From the IMG/VR virus record IMGVR_UViG_3300032753_000025, positions 1 through 62,160 of that record: a stretch of DNA of 62,160 nucleotides. One strand, 5' to 3'. The first letter of the stretch is position 1; each line of letters starts with the position of its first letter. Positions 36,849 to 49,561 of the stretch are shown one piece after another. The position numbers and the translations under genes are program-made. The DNA comes from a virus. Its lineage: Duplodnaviria; Caudoviricetes. The notes beneath the pieces were generated by a model. The model made no database searches. It was not told the origin of the DNA and was given only the letters and a program-made list of their open reading frames with translations.

Positions 36849-37655
36849 TTAACCGCGAGTTGGGGTAGCAAATCTTGAAGCGCCCTGTGAAGACCACGCA
36901 GCAGCTTCCATCTTTTTGCGCGCCTCTTCTTCAAGAGCGCTCTTTAAGAGTGCTTGATACTGTGTCTCATAGGTCACAGGCATTTGTGGATCATTGCCCA
37001 TAGCACTTGAGAAATTACGCTGATAAGCAGAAATGTAGATCATGCTTGCCATGATAAATAGATCAGGCAAATACAGGCTAATGAATGTGTTCGTCGTTGT
37101 GTATGCCGCATTTGGATAGCCTGGATAATTAGGATCCCCGGACGCACTAGGGCCAAGGCTTTGAGGTCGATACGTTCCAACGAACTCTACCGTATAAGAG
37201 TTGTCTGGATAAGGACCAACTAAGAACGTGTAGTCGTCAAAGGGACACCAATATTTTGGCTGTCCCGTTGCTGTCGAGTTACCGTAAACGGCGTCAAGAA
37301 ACTCTTTTGTCGTCGGCAAAAGCGGGACGCGTGTCCCAAGATCTGGGTTCGTTTGTCCGGCAGGCGTGATGAGGTTTATTTGCTCTGGGACGACAAACGG
37401 GCCAGGCGTCATTGTCGGAGAAATGTATATATCTAGCTGTCGACTTCCGGTTGTTAATGAATAAGAAGTAGTGGACAGAGACGTGAAGAGAAAATCTAGA
37501 TCGCGATATATGCGGTTTTCTGCATATGTGATCATTTGAGGCAGGATCGTAACAAAAGCATCGTCCAGGGGGTCGACAACCGCCATCGTCGATATTTGTG
37601 CGACGTAGCTAGACGTCCCCGCGTCACTTCCGTTAAAGCTTAACCCCGTCGTCAT
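36849..37655 (-). CDS. Tail tubular protein A / adaptor
   Basis: AENRIYRDL, G.PKYW, VGPYPD.SY.VE motifs; upstream of the nozzle. Confidence 0.7.
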   Translation of the reverse strand: MTTGLSFNGSDAGTSSYVAQISTMAVVDPLDDAFVTILPQMITYAENRIYRDLDFLFTSLSTTSYSLTTGSRQLDIYISPTMTPGPFVVPEQINLITPAGQTNPDLGTRVPLLPTTKEFLDAVYGNSTATGQPKYWCPFDDYTFLVGPYPDNSYTVEFVGTYRPQSLGPSASGDPNYPGYPNAAYTTTNTFISLYLPDLFIMASMIYISAYQRNFSSAMGNDPQMPVTYETQYQALLKSALEEEARKKMEAAAWSSQGASRFATPTRG

Positions 37656-37882
37656 TTCTTAATCCACCCACACTTTAGAGCCACGCCTACCGCATTGTGC
37701 TCGCGTATCTGGGCCCTAGTGGGGGCCGTGTCGTGCCTCGAATAGTATATAGCACGAGCCGCCTCGCAGAAAGAAACGTGGCTAGTCTCTGAGGAAAGGG
37801 TCGTTGACTGGCACGCTGTCAGGCTTAGAGGCAACATCAGCGCGAACAGCTTCGCGGGCAGCGATAGCAAGTTGAGCTTCAT
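37652..37882 (-). CDS. o-spanin (Rz1-like lipoprotein)
   Basis: LTAC lipobox; overlaps the i-spanin; C..D...I..HN....CG. Confidence 0.75.
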   Translation of the reverse strand: MKLNLLSLPAKLFALMLPLSLTACQSTTLSSETSHVSFCEAARAIYYSRHDTAPTRAQIREHNAVGVALKCGWIKK

Positions 37883-38030
37883 TGGCTTGCGCCTTCATGC
37901 TTTCTAATTGAGCCTGTGCAATACCTGACTGCACAAGCTGTTGCTCGTGCAGCCAGTTAAAAAAGTTAACAACCGCAGACATAAAGCCGCCAAGGAGGCT
38001 TACAATTGCGGCTATTAACGCGGCACTCAT
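37782..38030 (-). CDS. i-spanin (Rz-like)
   Basis: N-terminal TM then Ala-rich helix ending DPFLRD. Confidence 0.7.
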   Translation of the reverse strand: MSAALIAAIVSLLGGFMSAVVNFFNWLHEQQLVQSGIAQAQLESMKAQANEAQLAIAAREAVRADVASKPDSVPVNDPFLRD

Positions 38031-38245
38031 TTACCGGGGACGCCGACCGTTGAGGCGTCTTTAGCCGAGGTAAGGCCAATGGCCGCAAGGACCATAGCAA
38101 TCTGAGAGCCGACGTCTGACGGAATAACAACGCCGGGTATGTTGATGCCAAAGTAGTTCAGAACAACAAGGAGGCCCAACAGAACGCCAGACGCAGTCGT
38201 TTTCCAGTTTGCTACAAAGTATGTTTGAATAAGGCTACCCATCAT
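38027..38245 (-). CDS. Holin
   Basis: NWKTT..G, two TM segments, GL..AKD. Confidence 0.75.
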   Translation of the reverse strand: MMGSLIQTYFVANWKTTASGVLLGLLVVLNYFGINIPGVVIPSDVGSQIAMVLAAIGLTSAKDASTVGVPGK

Positions 38246-38311
38246 TCTCTCCTCTTAGTTATTGATATTCTTAACTACAGATGGTATGCATTGCAGCAAT
38301 AGGAGCTCCGC

Positions 38312-38809
38312 ATGACAATCTGGAAAGAAATATCTGATCATACTTCATATGAAGTATCTACTTCTGGCGAAGTCAGATTTATTGGTGGATGGAGAAAATT
38401 TGGAAAAACCAAAAGATACGCTCCGCCAAGCATGAGATCGCCTCAGCCTCATTCCGGAGGCTATTTGCAACTTAGACTAAACAAAATAAACTTTTATGTC
38501 CACATTCTTGTGGCAACACATTTTATCCCTAATCCTAATAAACTTCCAGAAGTAAATCATAAGGATGGGAATAAGCATAATAATAATGTCGATAATCTAG
38601 AATGGTGCGATAGAAGAACAAATCAAATTCACAATTCAAGAGAATTAGGAAAAAATAAACACTCAAGGGTCGGAAGAAAAATATCTGAGAAAGAATTTAA
38701 TTCTATAAAAAAAGAAGAAGGATCACTGAAACAAGTTGCAGAAAAATACAACGTAAGCATCACAAGAGTTTTAAGGATACGCAACGGGCTTACTGCCCGT
38801 TGGTATTGA
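38312..38809 (+). CDS. NUMOD4-HNH homing endonuclease, antisense within the lysis cassette
   Basis: WKEI....YEVS..G.V (NUMOD4); VHILVA..F..N....EVNHKDGNK.NN.VDNLEW. Confidence 0.92.
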   Translation: MTIWKEISDHTSYEVSTSGEVRFIGGWRKFGKTKRYAPPSMRSPQPHSGGYLQLRLNKINFYVHILVATHFIPNPNKLPEVNHKDGNKHNNNVDNLEWCDRRTNQIHNSRELGKNKHSRVGRKISEKEFNSIKKEEGSLKQVAEKYNVSITRVLRIRNGLTARWY

Positions 38810-38846
38810 TTTTCCTACCTTTGGCCCGTGTAGCTGTAGGACTAAC

Positions 38847-39335
38847 CTACACGGGCTGCTTGAAATGCATCCCGTCCTTACTTCGCCCCGACCAATCTCC
38901 ACCCCAAACCCAACCCTCATCCTTGAAGGCTTTTACGACTTGTGGGACGTGGGCAAAGTGGGGATCTTGGTCGTGAAAGAAATTTCTGGGAGCATCTAGA
39001 TCAATTGCACAGCCATAGGCGTGCATACTCAAAACAGCGCCCCCACGCATAACACGATAGTTGTATGACCCAGAAAAGACAGAAACGCCCCAGTTGTCGA
39101 TTGTCTTTTGGTCTTTTCCTGCTGCTTCCCAGATAGCCGCGAATACGCGAGACAGGCTGTCGGCGCATTTCTTATTGATAGAAATTGACGTTACAGGCTT
39201 GCCAGCAAAATACATTTTGAAAGGAGGGGAAATCCTTGTCAGGTTCGCCTTTTCCCATTGTGCCGAGGCATTGCCGTTGCGCCCGCGAGGGTTGCCGTAG
39301 TAGCTATCGCACTGTGATTGTAATGGCCAAGTCAT
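38847..39335 (-). CDS. Endolysin, peptidase M15 family
   Basis: YNYR.MRG...LSMHAYGCAIDL, F..EGW.WGGDW...DGMHF. Confidence 0.9.
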   Translation of the reverse strand: MTWPLQSQCDSYYGNPRGRNGNASAQWEKANLTRISPPFKMYFAGKPVTSISINKKCADSLSRVFAAIWEAAGKDQKTIDNWGVSVFSGSYNYRVMRGGAVLSMHAYGCAIDLDAPRNFFHDQDPHFAHVPQVVKAFKDEGWVWGGDWSGRSKDGMHFKQPV

Positions 39336-39580
39336 TTGCCCCCCCAAGGTTTGTCTGCTTTTCCGTCCATTTTATCAAAGATCTGCCGCAGCATCTCTTT
39401 TATCTCTTTCATGCCTTCAGAAAACTCGTCCCGCCTAATGTAATTTGTCGGCATTTCTATCTCTATGCGGTGAAGGTCGGCCCTTAATTCTTTAACTGCA
39501 ACCCATAATTCTCTGGCTAACCAGCCTACAACCATTAAAACTGAGCCCGCGACAAGATTAATGATCGTTTGCGGTTCCAT
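39332..39580 (-). CDS. Membrane-anchored lysis-cassette protein (holin/antiholin-like)
   Basis: N-terminal TM, YIRRDEF, coiled coil ending KADK. Confidence 0.6.
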   Translation of the reverse strand: MEPQTIINLVAGSVLMVVGWLARELWVAVKELRADLHRIEIEMPTNYIRRDEFSEGMKEIKEMLRQIFDKMDGKADKPWGGK

Positions 39581-39581
39581 T

Positions 39582-40694
39582 TTACTCGCCTTTTTCGCCT
39601 AAATACCAAGACAGGTTCTCTTTCAGTCTATCATCTTCAGGGGCTAATTCCAACGCCAAGCGGCCCTGTTCTGCAGCTATTTCCTTTAAACCCATATTCC
39701 ACGCGGCAATAGCGGCAAAGTCGTGCGGCAAATACCCCCAAGAAGCCTCTTCTGTCGTATAAACCAGCTCTCTATGGGTAATACTTAGAGCCCGCATTGC
39801 GGCCCCATAACTTTCAGGCCATTTATTTTGGTCATAATATAATCTGGCTAATGAAACCCACGGTTCTCTTGTATGAGGAGCTTCTGCCGCGGCTCTGTGG
39901 AAACAGGCCTCTGCCGAATAATGGTTATTAAGAGCCTGATAGCACTCTCCCATAATCCGCATCGCATAGCATCTGTCATTGACCCACGTTGCTTCTGGCA
40001 TTTTTAGGTAACGATCAAGAGCATCAATTGCATCCTGATGGCGACCATAAAAATAGAGCTCACGAGCATAATAAAATGCATTTCTTGGGCAGTGAGGATC
40101 TTCTTTTACTGATAGCTCCAAGGTTTCCATATAATGACCCCTACTTTTACTTGGGTCAGGATGATGCGTTATGAGCATAAAGTCTGTGTGCGCCCACACC
40201 TCCTGTATGCGGAGGTCTGCCCTTATGTGCTCGTGGCAGGGATGGTGCCAGTAATAGCCGTGGCGGGCGTGGATTTTTTCTGAGTAAAAAACTATGCCGC
40301 AACTCCAATCAAATTTATAACGAAGATGCGTTGTCCCCGGTGTCCATACGCGCTCAATTTCCTCCCGCCACCCCGGCTCCATAATCTCATCGGCATCTAA
40401 ACAAATACAAATATCTATATCTCTAGGAATAAGAGCAATAGAGGCGTTTCTGGCGTGGTCAAAGCGCCAAGGCGTGATACAGATATTATGGGTCTGAACA
40501 CCACATTCTTTTGCTATTTCTACTGTTCTGTCAGTGCTCCCAGTATCAGCTATCAAGAGTAAGTCAGCATCTTTTGCCGAAGATGCCCATCTTTTTATAA
40601 ACATCTCTTCATTTTTGGTGATCGTATAAACGCAGATTTTTAGAGGCTTTTTCTCTGGCAAAATCTCTGTAGCGGTTAATTCTAATATCTCCAT
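39582..40694 (-). CDS. GT2 glycosyltransferase with TPR repeats
   Basis: KNEE, DTGSTD, FDHARN, LDADE, HE; TPR-like C-terminal half. Confidence 0.9.
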   Translation of the reverse strand: MEILELTATEILPEKKPLKICVYTITKNEEMFIKRWASSAKDADLLLIADTGSTDRTVEIAKECGVQTHNICITPWRFDHARNASIALIPRDIDICICLDADEIMEPGWREEIERVWTPGTTHLRYKFDWSCGIVFYSEKIHARHGYYWHHPCHEHIRADLRIQEVWAHTDFMLITHHPDPSKSRGHYMETLELSVKEDPHCPRNAFYYARELYFYGRHQDAIDALDRYLKMPEATWVNDRCYAMRIMGECYQALNNHYSAEACFHRAAAEAPHTREPWVSLARLYYDQNKWPESYGAAMRALSITHRELVYTTEEASWGYLPHDFAAIAAWNMGLKEIAAEQGRLALELAPEDDRLKENLSWYLGEKGE

Positions 40695-40707
40695 TTTAAT
40701 CCCCTAA

Positions 40708-41232
40708 TTATTCAGGTTTAATCCAATACCAGACGTCATTATCTGTTTGTGAAATAGTTGCACCAACAGACGCGGCAAATTCATTAACGGCGCGATTTAC
40801 GCCTTCAATGACGTTGTAATCGTGGCCAGAAAAAACGCCGCCTTTTTTGATTTTTGGGTAATAGTTCTGGCAATCCTTCAAGACTTGGTCGTAGGTGTGA
40901 AGTCCGTCAATGAAGATAAAATCAAATGCCTCATTTGGAAGCATAGGTGCGGCATCGTCTGACAGCATTCTGTGGTGTATTATTCTATCTCTGTATAAAA
41001 ATGTATTGTTGAGAAAGAATTGATATGTCCAATTTCTTTCGTTTGGAGTTAATATATTTCCGTCCCAATCTTCATAAGCAAAATATGGATCAATTCCGTG
41101 CAGGACAAGTCCGGGCAGGTTTTTAAATAAGTGCTGTGTCGTCTCACCGCGATTAAGTCCTATCTCAATGCCGATAAGGTCGATTTTATAAGACAATACG
41201 GATGGCAAGCCTATTCCAGATATAAAACTCAT
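40708..41232 (-). CDS. Class I SAM methyltransferase (Methyltransf_24-like)
   Basis: EIG...G, IDPY, DFIFIDGLHTY, GG...GHDY. Confidence 0.88.
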   Translation of the reverse strand: MSFISGIGLPSVLSYKIDLIGIEIGLNRGETTQHLFKNLPGLVLHGIDPYFAYEDWDGNILTPNERNWTYQFFLNNTFLYRDRIIHHRMLSDDAAPMLPNEAFDFIFIDGLHTYDQVLKDCQNYYPKIKKGGVFSGHDYNVIEGVNRAVNEFAASVGATISQTDNDVWYWIKPE

Positions 41233-41237
41233 TTTAT

Positions 41238-41861
41238 TTACCTCTTAAAAATGGCCACATATTCTGGCCTATTAATCTCAATCCAATTTATAGCGTCGAG
41301 ATATAATTGATATATATCTGATCCCACGGTTTGAGATCCTGCATGATGCACATACGCCCTAGAGGCGTAGTTCGCAAATCCCCTCCTGTTTAAATCCTCA
41401 CACATTAAATCGTCTGAAAACCAGTTTGTGTTAGGGAACTGAGCGGCTTCAAAAGCATGTTTTGAAACCCAAGCAAATAAGGGAGATACGGCCTGAGATC
41501 TGATGCACTTATCTAAGGGATTATATCTAATATTTTGTATATTTCTGACATTATCAGAGCAAGCGGCAACGAGACCAAGGAGCTTGCCGTGATGGTCTTT
41601 TAGCATTTCAACATCTTCTATCAATGTCTCATAGGTATTTGGATTTAATACCACGTCATCATTAGCAATGATTATTTCATCGTAATCTTTAAAAGCTTGA
41701 GCCATTGCGTGGTTATAACACTCGCCAAAAGTCGAGCGTTCAACGTGATGAGATATAAGTTGAGACTGGGGCGCATACGCCTTAACGCTTGCCTCTAATA
41801 CAGGCAGGCACTTACCGGATACGGTGCAAACAACAATCGGTAGCATAAGTCCCCCCTTCAA
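41238..41861 (-). CDS. GT2-like glycosyltransferase
   Basis: F...YN.A, ANDDVVL, WFSDD, VHHAGSQT. Confidence 0.8.
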   Translation of the reverse strand: MKGGLMLPIVVCTVSGKCLPVLEASVKAYAPQSQLISHHVERSTFGECYNHAMAQAFKDYDEIIIANDDVVLNPNTYETLIEDVEMLKDHHGKLLGLVAACSDNVRNIQNIRYNPLDKCIRSQAVSPLFAWVSKHAFEAAQFPNTNWFSDDLMCEDLNRRGFANYASRAYVHHAGSQTVGSDIYQLYLDAINWIEINRPEYVAIFKR

Positions 41862-41871
41862 AGACTATGCA

Positions 41872-44613
41872 TTATGTAAAGAACTGACCGCCTCCAGCAG
41901 TATATACCATTGGCACAAAAATCCACCCTAGATTATTGCCGCCGTTAACATTGCCATTGCTTTGATATGCCCGCCAATAGGCATTTTCATAACCAATACA
42001 ATCCGTAATAGACGTGTAGCTTAAGCTAGATGTCGTCGTGGATACTGGATAAGTAAAGGTATATCGCGTTCCGGGCGTTGAGCTTGAAAGTGTTATAAGG
42101 TTTCCAGCCGTTCCGGCAAGCGTTGCAGCTCCCGTGAAGGTCGTGGTAGTCCCTGCCGTAAATGTGATCGTTGCTGGCTGGGTCGTGTTCGACAGCCCAG
42201 AGAAGCCATTGCTGCCTGTTACCGTCAGCGCGCCAGCACCGCCTTGGTTTAATGTTGCAGCATAAGTAAAACCACCGCCTGCAAAGGTCTTTGCTGTCGC
42301 AGCGGTCATCGTGATGATGCCGGTGCCGGTAGTCGTCAGGTTTGACCCAGAAGCGGTAAAGGCAGATGTAGATGAACCAGAGATAGTCAGCTTGCCGGTA
42401 GTGCCGAAAGATATTGCTCTAGTGCCAGTGCCAGTTGAGCCAAATGTGTTTATCGTTGCTGTGTTATTATTAAGGTCTAATGTTCCGCTTAAATGACCAA
42501 ATGTGCGGGTTGAACCCATTGTAAAATTGTCTTGGAGTTGGAGTGTATTTGATGATGTTCCAGTTCCTAATGTTATTGGAAAATCTAATGTTAAAGCTGC
42601 TGTTGTTATTGTTTGAGTTGCCGTAGCTGCTGCAAATGTCAAAACGCTTGCTGAAGCAGATATAGTCATTCCAGATTTAAATAAAACATTGCCATATGTT
42701 GTTGTTGCAGCGTTTAAATAAAATCCAGTAAATGCCCCCGCGCCAGCATAATAAAAATCAATATTTTTAACATTAGAGCCACCAGCAAAAGTAACAGTGT
42801 CAGAACCCTGTGTAACTATAAATGATACTGCTAAACTTTCACTACCTCCAGATGTTCCGTGGCTAATCGTTCGCGTATTTGCGGTTGAATTGCCCGTAAT
42901 ATAGACATTCGGAGTTCCGGTATAAGTAAAAGCAGCTGTCTGACCAAACGCCCATACAGTAGCATTACCCGCTGTTGATGTGCCTGTAATCGTAATATTG
43001 CCAGCACCAAACGTAATTGAACGAGTGTTTGCGTTTGATGAAGAAAATATCCCCGTCGATAACGTATAGTTACCAGCGCCGTTGTTGGTGAGGTCTAGGG
43101 TACCAGCGGTGAGCGTTGTTGTGAGCGTTGAGCCAACCGTTGTATTTGAAGCAATTGCTACTGTGCCAGTTGGGGCGTTAATTATTAATCCTTGCGTAAA
43201 CACAACACCAGAAGAGTTAATTAATACTGTTTTACCTTGTCCAGAAAAAAACCAAGCCCCTGTTCCAGATAATGTTAGGTTTGAATTAAACGTCAAGTTT
43301 CCATACATAACTGGGCTTGTTGTGCCAGTTGCAAGCGTAATGGCGTTTGTTCTGTAGGTATTAAAATCGAGCGTTCCAATCCACCAAGCGTAAGTAATAG
43401 TAAGCGTATTGCTAGCACTCATACTGTTATTATCGACATAAACAGTATCTTGAGGTAATGGAAAATTAGCCGTTAATCCTCCTGCGGTAGTGGAAGATAA
43501 CGCCCAAATATTAGCCGCTTCCCAAGTCGTAGATGCGCCGCCGGAAACACTTAGATAAACTGTTTTAGCTGTAGCAAAACTAATGTTGCTATTGTTCGTT
43601 CCGTTACCGATATTTGTCCCAGACCAAGGCGCAGATGCTCCCGCAGCAACAATATCTTTGAAATTAACCTGACCAAACGCAGCCATCGTAGCTACAGTTA
43701 AAGTTATCTGTGTGCCTACATTAGATGAATATACGCTTGTTCTAAATCTTGCGTCAGACGGGTTGCCTAATGTTAGAGTTCCGCTAACAGTCTGATTAAC
43801 TGTAAATACTAAATTTCTAGGTGCAGCACCTGAAGCAGCAGTAAATGTTAAATTTGTAAACGTATTAGCACCACTTATTATTGTAGTGCCCAATGCGCCG
43901 GAACTAAACGTCACATTATAAAACGTCTTGCCGTTGCCAGCTAATGTCGGGCTGCCGTTGGAACAGGTAATTGTGGAGGTTCCGGCGTTGAGGGTAAAGC
44001 CGCCTGTAGAACTGTCTGTGTATGGACTAGCACCAGATAACGTAACTGAAGATGCGTTTAGAGCTAATGTTCTGGTATTAGAATTTGCGGCGACTGTTAT
44101 AGAACCAGCAGTTAAAGCATAATTTCCTGTCGAACTTGTATCAAAAGTGCCATTTGTTAATGTTACAGGAAAACCGCTTGTGAATGTCCCTGCTAATGTA
44201 ACTGTTATACCAGCACCAGCTATATTAATAGCGGCGGAAAATGAAACAGAATTTGTGGTAATAGTTCCTGACGCAGAAAAATTTACCTGCGCACTTGTCC
44301 AGTTAGTAATTGCATAATATGTGGATGCTGGGTTTATCCAATTACCGTTTACCGTCAACTGACCAACAGAAGCAGTTCCCGTCAGCGTCATCTTACGCGC
44401 TGCGTTGGTTATCCCACTCGCATCAAACGCGCCGCAAACAGCCGAGGTCGTATCAATCGTAACCGTAAACGTGCCAGCCGCAGAGTTGTTATCAAAAAAC
44501 ACATTGTCTGCGCTAGTAGGAACAGACGCGCCAGAAGACCCGCCAGAGGCCGTTGACCAGCTTGCAGTCGTGTTCCAGTTACCAGTGCCGCCGACCCAAT
44601 AACGATTAGCCAT
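41872..44613 (-). CDS. Large Thr/Ser/Ala/Gly-rich beta-solenoid fibre/spike protein
   Basis: RYWVGGTGNW..W...SGG..GASVP...D.V.FD start; repeated LT.GT.D motifs; GNN.GWIF end. Confidence 0.75.
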   Translation of the reverse strand: MANRYWVGGTGNWNTTASWSTASGGSSGASVPTSADNVFFDNNSAAGTFTVTIDTTSAVCGAFDASGITNAARKMTLTGTASVGQLTVNGNWINPASTYYAITNWTSAQVNFSASGTITTNSVSFSAAINIAGAGITVTLAGTFTSGFPVTLTNGTFDTSSTGNYALTAGSITVAANSNTRTLALNASSVTLSGASPYTDSSTGGFTLNAGTSTITCSNGSPTLAGNGKTFYNVTFSSGALGTTIISGANTFTNLTFTAASGAAPRNLVFTVNQTVSGTLTLGNPSDARFRTSVYSSNVGTQITLTVATMAAFGQVNFKDIVAAGASAPWSGTNIGNGTNNSNISFATAKTVYLSVSGGASTTWEAANIWALSSTTAGGLTANFPLPQDTVYVDNNSMSASNTLTITYAWWIGTLDFNTYRTNAITLATGTTSPVMYGNLTFNSNLTLSGTGAWFFSGQGKTVLINSSGVVFTQGLIINAPTGTVAIASNTTVGSTLTTTLTAGTLDLTNNGAGNYTLSTGIFSSSNANTRSITFGAGNITITGTSTAGNATVWAFGQTAAFTYTGTPNVYITGNSTANTRTISHGTSGGSESLAVSFIVTQGSDTVTFAGGSNVKNIDFYYAGAGAFTGFYLNAATTTYGNVLFKSGMTISASASVLTFAAATATQTITTAALTLDFPITLGTGTSSNTLQLQDNFTMGSTRTFGHLSGTLDLNNNTATINTFGSTGTGTRAISFGTTGKLTISGSSTSAFTASGSNLTTTGTGIITMTAATAKTFAGGGFTYAATLNQGGAGALTVTGSNGFSGLSNTTQPATITFTAGTTTTFTGAATLAGTAGNLITLSSSTPGTRYTFTYPVSTTTSSLSYTSITDCIGYENAYWRAYQSNGNVNGGNNLGWIFVPMVYTAGGGQFFT

Positions 44614-44850
44614 CGACTATAACCTCCGATGGAGGATTAACGATAGCAATCCATTCATCCCAACGACGTTGTTCTTCAGCCTGTATATCGGTAGGCGTCA
44701 TCGCCGCATATTGCTCGGCCAACACAACAATGGCATCGTTTAACGTGTATGTGCCGTCCGTCGCTGAATATGTTATCGACACCAAATTGTTTATCTCCGA
44801 AATAGTTCCGGCTGGATAATCAATCGGATCGTGCGTTGTGAAGTCAACCA

Positions 44851-44851
<1 letters not shown>
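44606..44851 (-). CDS. Small fibre-associated protein
   Basis: R.DEW.A.VN.P motif; coupled to neighbours. Confidence 0.6.
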
Positions 44852-47609
<2,758 letters not shown>

Positions 47610-47804
47610 TTATGCCCCCCAATATTGCATGGACAATAATTTATTTATTTTACGTTTTTTGTGACCATTCTTTACAATTAAACTTCTTTCTTTATGCCAA
47701 GAAGAGCGGCCCCTCATATCAAAAGCGCGTTTTTTTGTTCGGCCAATTCCAACATAGAATGGCTCCATATCATCTTCCTTAAAATGGCAATAAACATAAG
47801 CCAT
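47610..47804 (-). pseudogene. Truncated GIY-YIG-like homing endonuclease
   Basis: YVYCH.......PFYVGIG...RA N-terminus only; 64 aa, lacking the later catalytic motifs. Confidence 0.65.
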
Positions 47805-48490
47805 TACCTGAAATACCCACTAATTTGTGGCGAAATATACTGTTGCGCCGTTTCTATGTTCTGAGCTGCAGCTATTGAATAAGCCTCATCAGCGACTGCC
47901 TTTAATGGGAGAGCCTTGTCTGGTGCCCATATCATAGCCAGGCGATACGCTAATCCGTAAGCAAACGCCTCTAGCCATATCGGCGGGATATCTACTTGCT
48001 CCGTGCCATTCATGTTAGCGTCCTGAATGCGCAGAACGCTGTAATACGTTAGTGACGCCTCGTTCCCGTCAGGAACCGGCCAAAGCGTAATGGTTGGAGA
48101 TAAAAGGCGGTCAAACCAAAATACAGTAGGAAATCCTTGCTGCGTTTTATTTGGGTATGACGCGTATTCAGTGCGGCTAATGGGTAAAATAATACGGTCA
48201 GTTGATACGCCGCCTGATGACACTGTGACATAGGCATCCAAAACAACAACTGTATTAGCGGCGACACTATATTGAGACGTTCCTTGCGTTAACGTCTGCG
48301 TCGTTGATGTAACTTGCCAAAGATTAACGCCGCGGTTGCTCCAATTGGCAAACATCATGTTTGTCGCAGTGCGCGACGCGTCGATGTGCTCCTGAAGCAA
48401 TGCCGTAGGGCGAACGCCAATCAGTTGGTAGGCGTAAATGGTGAGTTCGCCGAGCGAAGGATTGAACGTGTATGCGTTCGAGGTCGACAT
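47804..48490 (-). CDS. Head-tail adaptor (P22 gp4-like)
   Basis: W.NRGVNLW, ISR.EY...PNK..QG.P, LWPVPD, GLAYRLA. Confidence 0.75.
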   Translation of the reverse strand: MSTSNAYTFNPSLGELTIYAYQLIGVRPTALLQEHIDASRTATNMMFANWSNRGVNLWQVTSTTQTLTQGTSQYSVAANTVVVLDAYVTVSSGGVSTDRIILPISRTEYASYPNKTQQGFPTVFWFDRLLSPTITLWPVPDGNEASLTYYSVLRIQDANMNGTEQVDIPPIWLEAFAYGLAYRLAMIWAPDKALPLKAVADEAYSIAAAQNIETAQQYISPQISGYFR

Positions 48491-48499
48491 TACTCATCC

Positions 48500-49450
48500 T
48501 TAGTTAGACGCCATTATTACCCAGTTTGTTCCGTCAGACTGTAGCATTGCCCACTTGCCGGCACTAGCAGACAATATTGCTGTTCCGGCTGATGCAGATG
48601 CAATAGGAACGATATTTGATGACGCGCTATCTACAGTAATAGCAGAAATATTCTTAACATAAAGGATTCTGCCCGGATATGCAGAAGCCGAAGGCATTGT
48701 TACTGTGCAATTGTTAGTAGAGAAAATTAAAGAAGAATCGTTTGATACTACCGTATATGTTGTAGACGTTACTGTGCTTGGCTTATTGACAGAAATAGGA
48801 CCAGCAACTGTTAAGAGCGTTGCCGGCGCTGTTGTCCCAACGCCTAAATTGCCCGCGCTTGATAGGCGCATTTTTTCATAAGGTGTCGTTGTTGTTGAGC
48901 CACCTACAGGAAGACCTTGTGTCATAAATACAATGGCAGAAGGCGTCAGTGCAGAGCTCGTTCCTGTTCCAGTAGGTGTTGCATCAACAATAGCAGCTAT
49001 TGCCGTGCTGTAATCAAATCCATTAAATGCATTAGGGCTGGTTGAATTGCTATATGCGCCCCAGCCAAAGTATCCAAGAGTATCCAATACTTGCGTAACT
49101 GCAGGAGATGAATAAGAACCTCTTCCGTAAGAGCTATAAAAGCCCTCACCATATCCCTGAGTATTTATATTCCGTAATTCTGAATAATAGTGGTAGACGC
49201 TACTGTCTTGGTATGAATCAGAATAAAAACCAGACAGGCCAGTTTCTAAAGTTACTTGAAATTGTGCTTGCGGGCTTGATGTTCCGACGCCAACATTGCC
49301 TGTAAAATAAGGCGACGCGCTCATAAATGTCTTGAGCTGAGCCGCCGTTGTCTGGACCGGGCCGACACCTGTAGTCTGAACATTAGGGACGACATCTGTG
49401 GCAGATACAGCTGCACCCGCCGCTAATCCTGATATCGGAAGGTTAGACAT
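48500..49450 (-). CDS. Virion fibre/decoration protein
   Basis: ISGL.A anchor N-terminus, GNVGVGT..P repeats, SDGTNW C-terminus. Confidence 0.7.
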   Translation of the reverse strand: MSNLPISGLAAGAAVSATDVVPNVQTTGVGPVQTTAAQLKTFMSASPYFTGNVGVGTSSPQAQFQVTLETGLSGFYSDSYQDSSVYHYYSELRNINTQGYGEGFYSSYGRGSYSSPAVTQVLDTLGYFGWGAYSNSTSPNAFNGFDYSTAIAAIVDATPTGTGTSSALTPSAIVFMTQGLPVGGSTTTTPYEKMRLSSAGNLGVGTTAPATLLTVAGPISVNKPSTVTSTTYTVVSNDSSLIFSTNNCTVTMPSASAYPGRILYVKNISAITVDSASSNIVPIASASAGTAILSASAGKWAMLQSDGTNWVIMASN

Positions 49451-49462
49451 CTGTTCCCCTTA

Positions 49463-49561
49463 TTAATTTGTTAACCCGCCGCCGACAGATGTCCCAGTCG
49501 TTTGAGTAAGACCCGAACCGTTAGGAAGGCCGGTTGTCGTAGATAGTCCGCCCGTGGCCAT
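49463..49561 (-). CDS. 32-aa Gly/Thr peptide (MATGGLSTTTGLPNGSGLTQTTGTSVGGGLTN)
   Basis: TAATG coupling; fills the gap between structural genes. Confidence 0.55.
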   Translation of the reverse strand: MATGGLSTTTGLPNGSGLTQTTGTSVGGGLTN

